DNA of 63,781 nucleotides, filler included, from Elsinoe ampelina (lineage: Eukaryota), in the NCBI GenBank assembly GCA_010093995.1. It is 4 parts of 4 records of this genome, joined end to end, with 100 filler letters (N's around TTAATTAATTAA, not from the genome) between each part and the next. Parts side by side here need not be neighbours in the genome. Positions count along the whole stretch, not along the records: positions 54,935 to 63,781 come from ML992578.1; 3 more parts are not named here. One strand, written 5' to 3'. The position numbers were made by a program, and so were the translations under genes. The notes beneath the pieces are model-generated. The model was not told where the DNA came from. It worked only from the letters and a program-made list of their open reading frames with translations, and did no database searches. Shown in pieces: positions 62,053 through 63,781 of this stretch (its first letter is position 1; each line of letters starts with the position of its first letter).

Positions 62053-62643
62053 TCTTTTGCGCTCATTATCCTCTCGGCCCGTAACTTAACACCTCATCCT
62101 GTACCTTCTCATCCATACCATTCCATCCCCTAGCCCGTCCGCGATCCTGGAAGTCGGGGTCAGTCCGCAACCGAATCGTCTAGATCATGGTCCAAGGGAA
62201 CAAAAGCATAGAGTCATAACACATAAGTTAGCGGTCGAACCAATCAACGACTCTCGCGCAGAAGTCCATATATGCGGTAGCTTAGCTCATCCTGTTGAAT
62301 CCCGTGACCCTCATTCTGGTAACTTATTAACGTCAACTTAATCTAACTTAACTTATGTCACCACATCGGACCTTGGGTTAAGTTACCCCTGCCCTCACGA
62401 GCGCATTATAGAATTCATCTGCTTAGCTAGGTGGAATGCAAGTGTCCTTGCCTCCAACGAACTGCACGATCGGAGTCGCGTAATTTACTTCCCTGCGAAA
62501 TGGACCGGACTTCGAGACTCTCTTGCGGATGGACGTAAGAAGACATCGTTGTAGGCCCCCGATGCTAGTGAGGCTGTGGTACGAGTGTCAGCTCGTTGTG
62601 GGTGCAATATTTACATTGGAGTCTTCGTGGGCAACTTAACTTA

Positions 62644-63781
62644 ACGTTATCCACCGGGAGTTCGCGCACCCCTAAAGTTCGCGCACGGCCCTATATATTT
62701 AACACGTAATCTTCGTAACTATCTTTCCTTCTTACGTAACAAACATCATTTTTTAAGCTGTTTCTTTATATATACTAAAGCTGATGTTTAGGCAGCTATC
62801 TATGCCTATTAATATAACAAATATAACTTAATTTAAAAGGCTACTAATACGTTTAATATTCTAGCCTCTATACTTTAAGATTAATTATAAGAACAATAAT
62901 CCTATACTAACTTATATATATAAGGCTAATTACTTACTCTAGCTAGAGAATAGATGCTTATAGCTTACGTAATATAGCTTAATAACCTTAGAACACCTAC
63001 AATACCTATGTTAATCTATTAATTAGTAATTAAGATTATTTATTACTAAGTATGTCTATCTAATAATAACCTTCCTACGTTATTAACGTAGCCTATTAGT
63101 AAGAACTAGCTATTATAATTATGTTAATGTTATTTATAGCTTTAAAGCCTTTATATATACTAGCTAGAGTTATTACACTTTAAAGCTAAAACATATAAGG
63201 CTATTATACTATTCTTTAATGTATTATCTAACTTATTTAAAAAGTATAACTACTTCTCTTCTAACATCTATAACCTTAATAAGGTAGGCGCTAGTATTAG
63301 TTTAACTTAATTAATATAGGTAGTAGTTAGTAACTTACTAAAAACAACTATTATTAAAAGAAGGTATTAAAGCCTTATATTAAAGCTACGTATATCGTAA
63401 TATAGAGAACGCCTATCTAACTAAATAGTCTATTAGTAGTAGAACTAATTACTATTAAGCCCTAGGCGTAAGTACTATATAGAATATTTAAGTATATTAT
63501 ATAAGCGGAACTAGCTACTACTAAGTGCTACTCTAATACTAAGCTCTTATAATTGCCTTCTCCTCTAAGAGAGCTATTCTTAGCTCTTAACTAGAAGTAT
63601 ATAACGTATAGTATTATTTAGAGGTAATATAAGTATAAGGTAGTTAAGGCATTTTTATAAAGGTCTTATATATATCTTATATAATGTCTAGTAGTAGTAG
63701 TCCTAGGAATCTAGTTCCTAGAGGGGCGTTTATCTAGTCGCTATAGCGCTAAAGCTAATTAGTAGTAATAATATTACTTTT
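62644..63781 (+). mobile_element. RIP-degenerated pogo/Fot1-like DNA transposon, left part (sequence after ~63370 may belong to another repeat)
   Basis: TA followed by the TIR start ACGTTATCC, with an internal GTTCGCGCAC duplication. De-RIPped HTH YTEADVQAAI...FN.PASTL (~62775-62880) and NIYNLDEVG (~63262). Confidence 0.78.

Overview
Filamentous ascomycete (Pezizomycotina) DNA. The window is four separate contigs/scaffolds joined by artificial 100-nt spacers (44 N + TTAATTAATTAA + 44 N): A 1-18185, B 18286-48777, C 48878-54834 and D 54935-63781. Adjacency across the spacers means nothing. GC-balanced gene islands with short GT-AG introns alternate with very TpA-rich, RIP-degenerated repeats. 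A: an island of CWH8/DOLPP1, ADE13, two small hypothetical genes, LYS4, SER1 and a Myb-like gene, lying between two divergent copies of one Copia LTR retrotransposon. B: starts at a (CCCTAA)n telomere. It then carries a ~17 kb RIP-killed subtelomeric element bounded by a 570-bp direct repeat, containing minisatellites, a nested pogo/Fot1 transposon and a ~5.4 kb telomere-linked RecQ helicase ORF. After that come an amino acid transporter, an M43 metalloprotease with its catalytic Glu replaced by Lys, an FMN hydroxy-acid oxidase, a P450, an ABCC transporter and a Copia 3' LTR. C: a second, collinear copy of the helicase element, cut mid-ORF and capped by (TTAGGG)n. D: an SSXT-like gene, a Pth11-like gene with one in-frame stop, a stomatin and a pogo relic. 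Most notable: after manually reversing RIP, the helicase ORF reads as a zinc-finger domain, a tyrosine-recombinase-like domain (R...K...R...GH-x8-Y) and a RecQ helicase in one frame. Together with the terminal direct repeat, this suggests a self-mobilising telomere-associated recombinase-helicase element. All de-RIP readings were done by eye and need computational confirmation.
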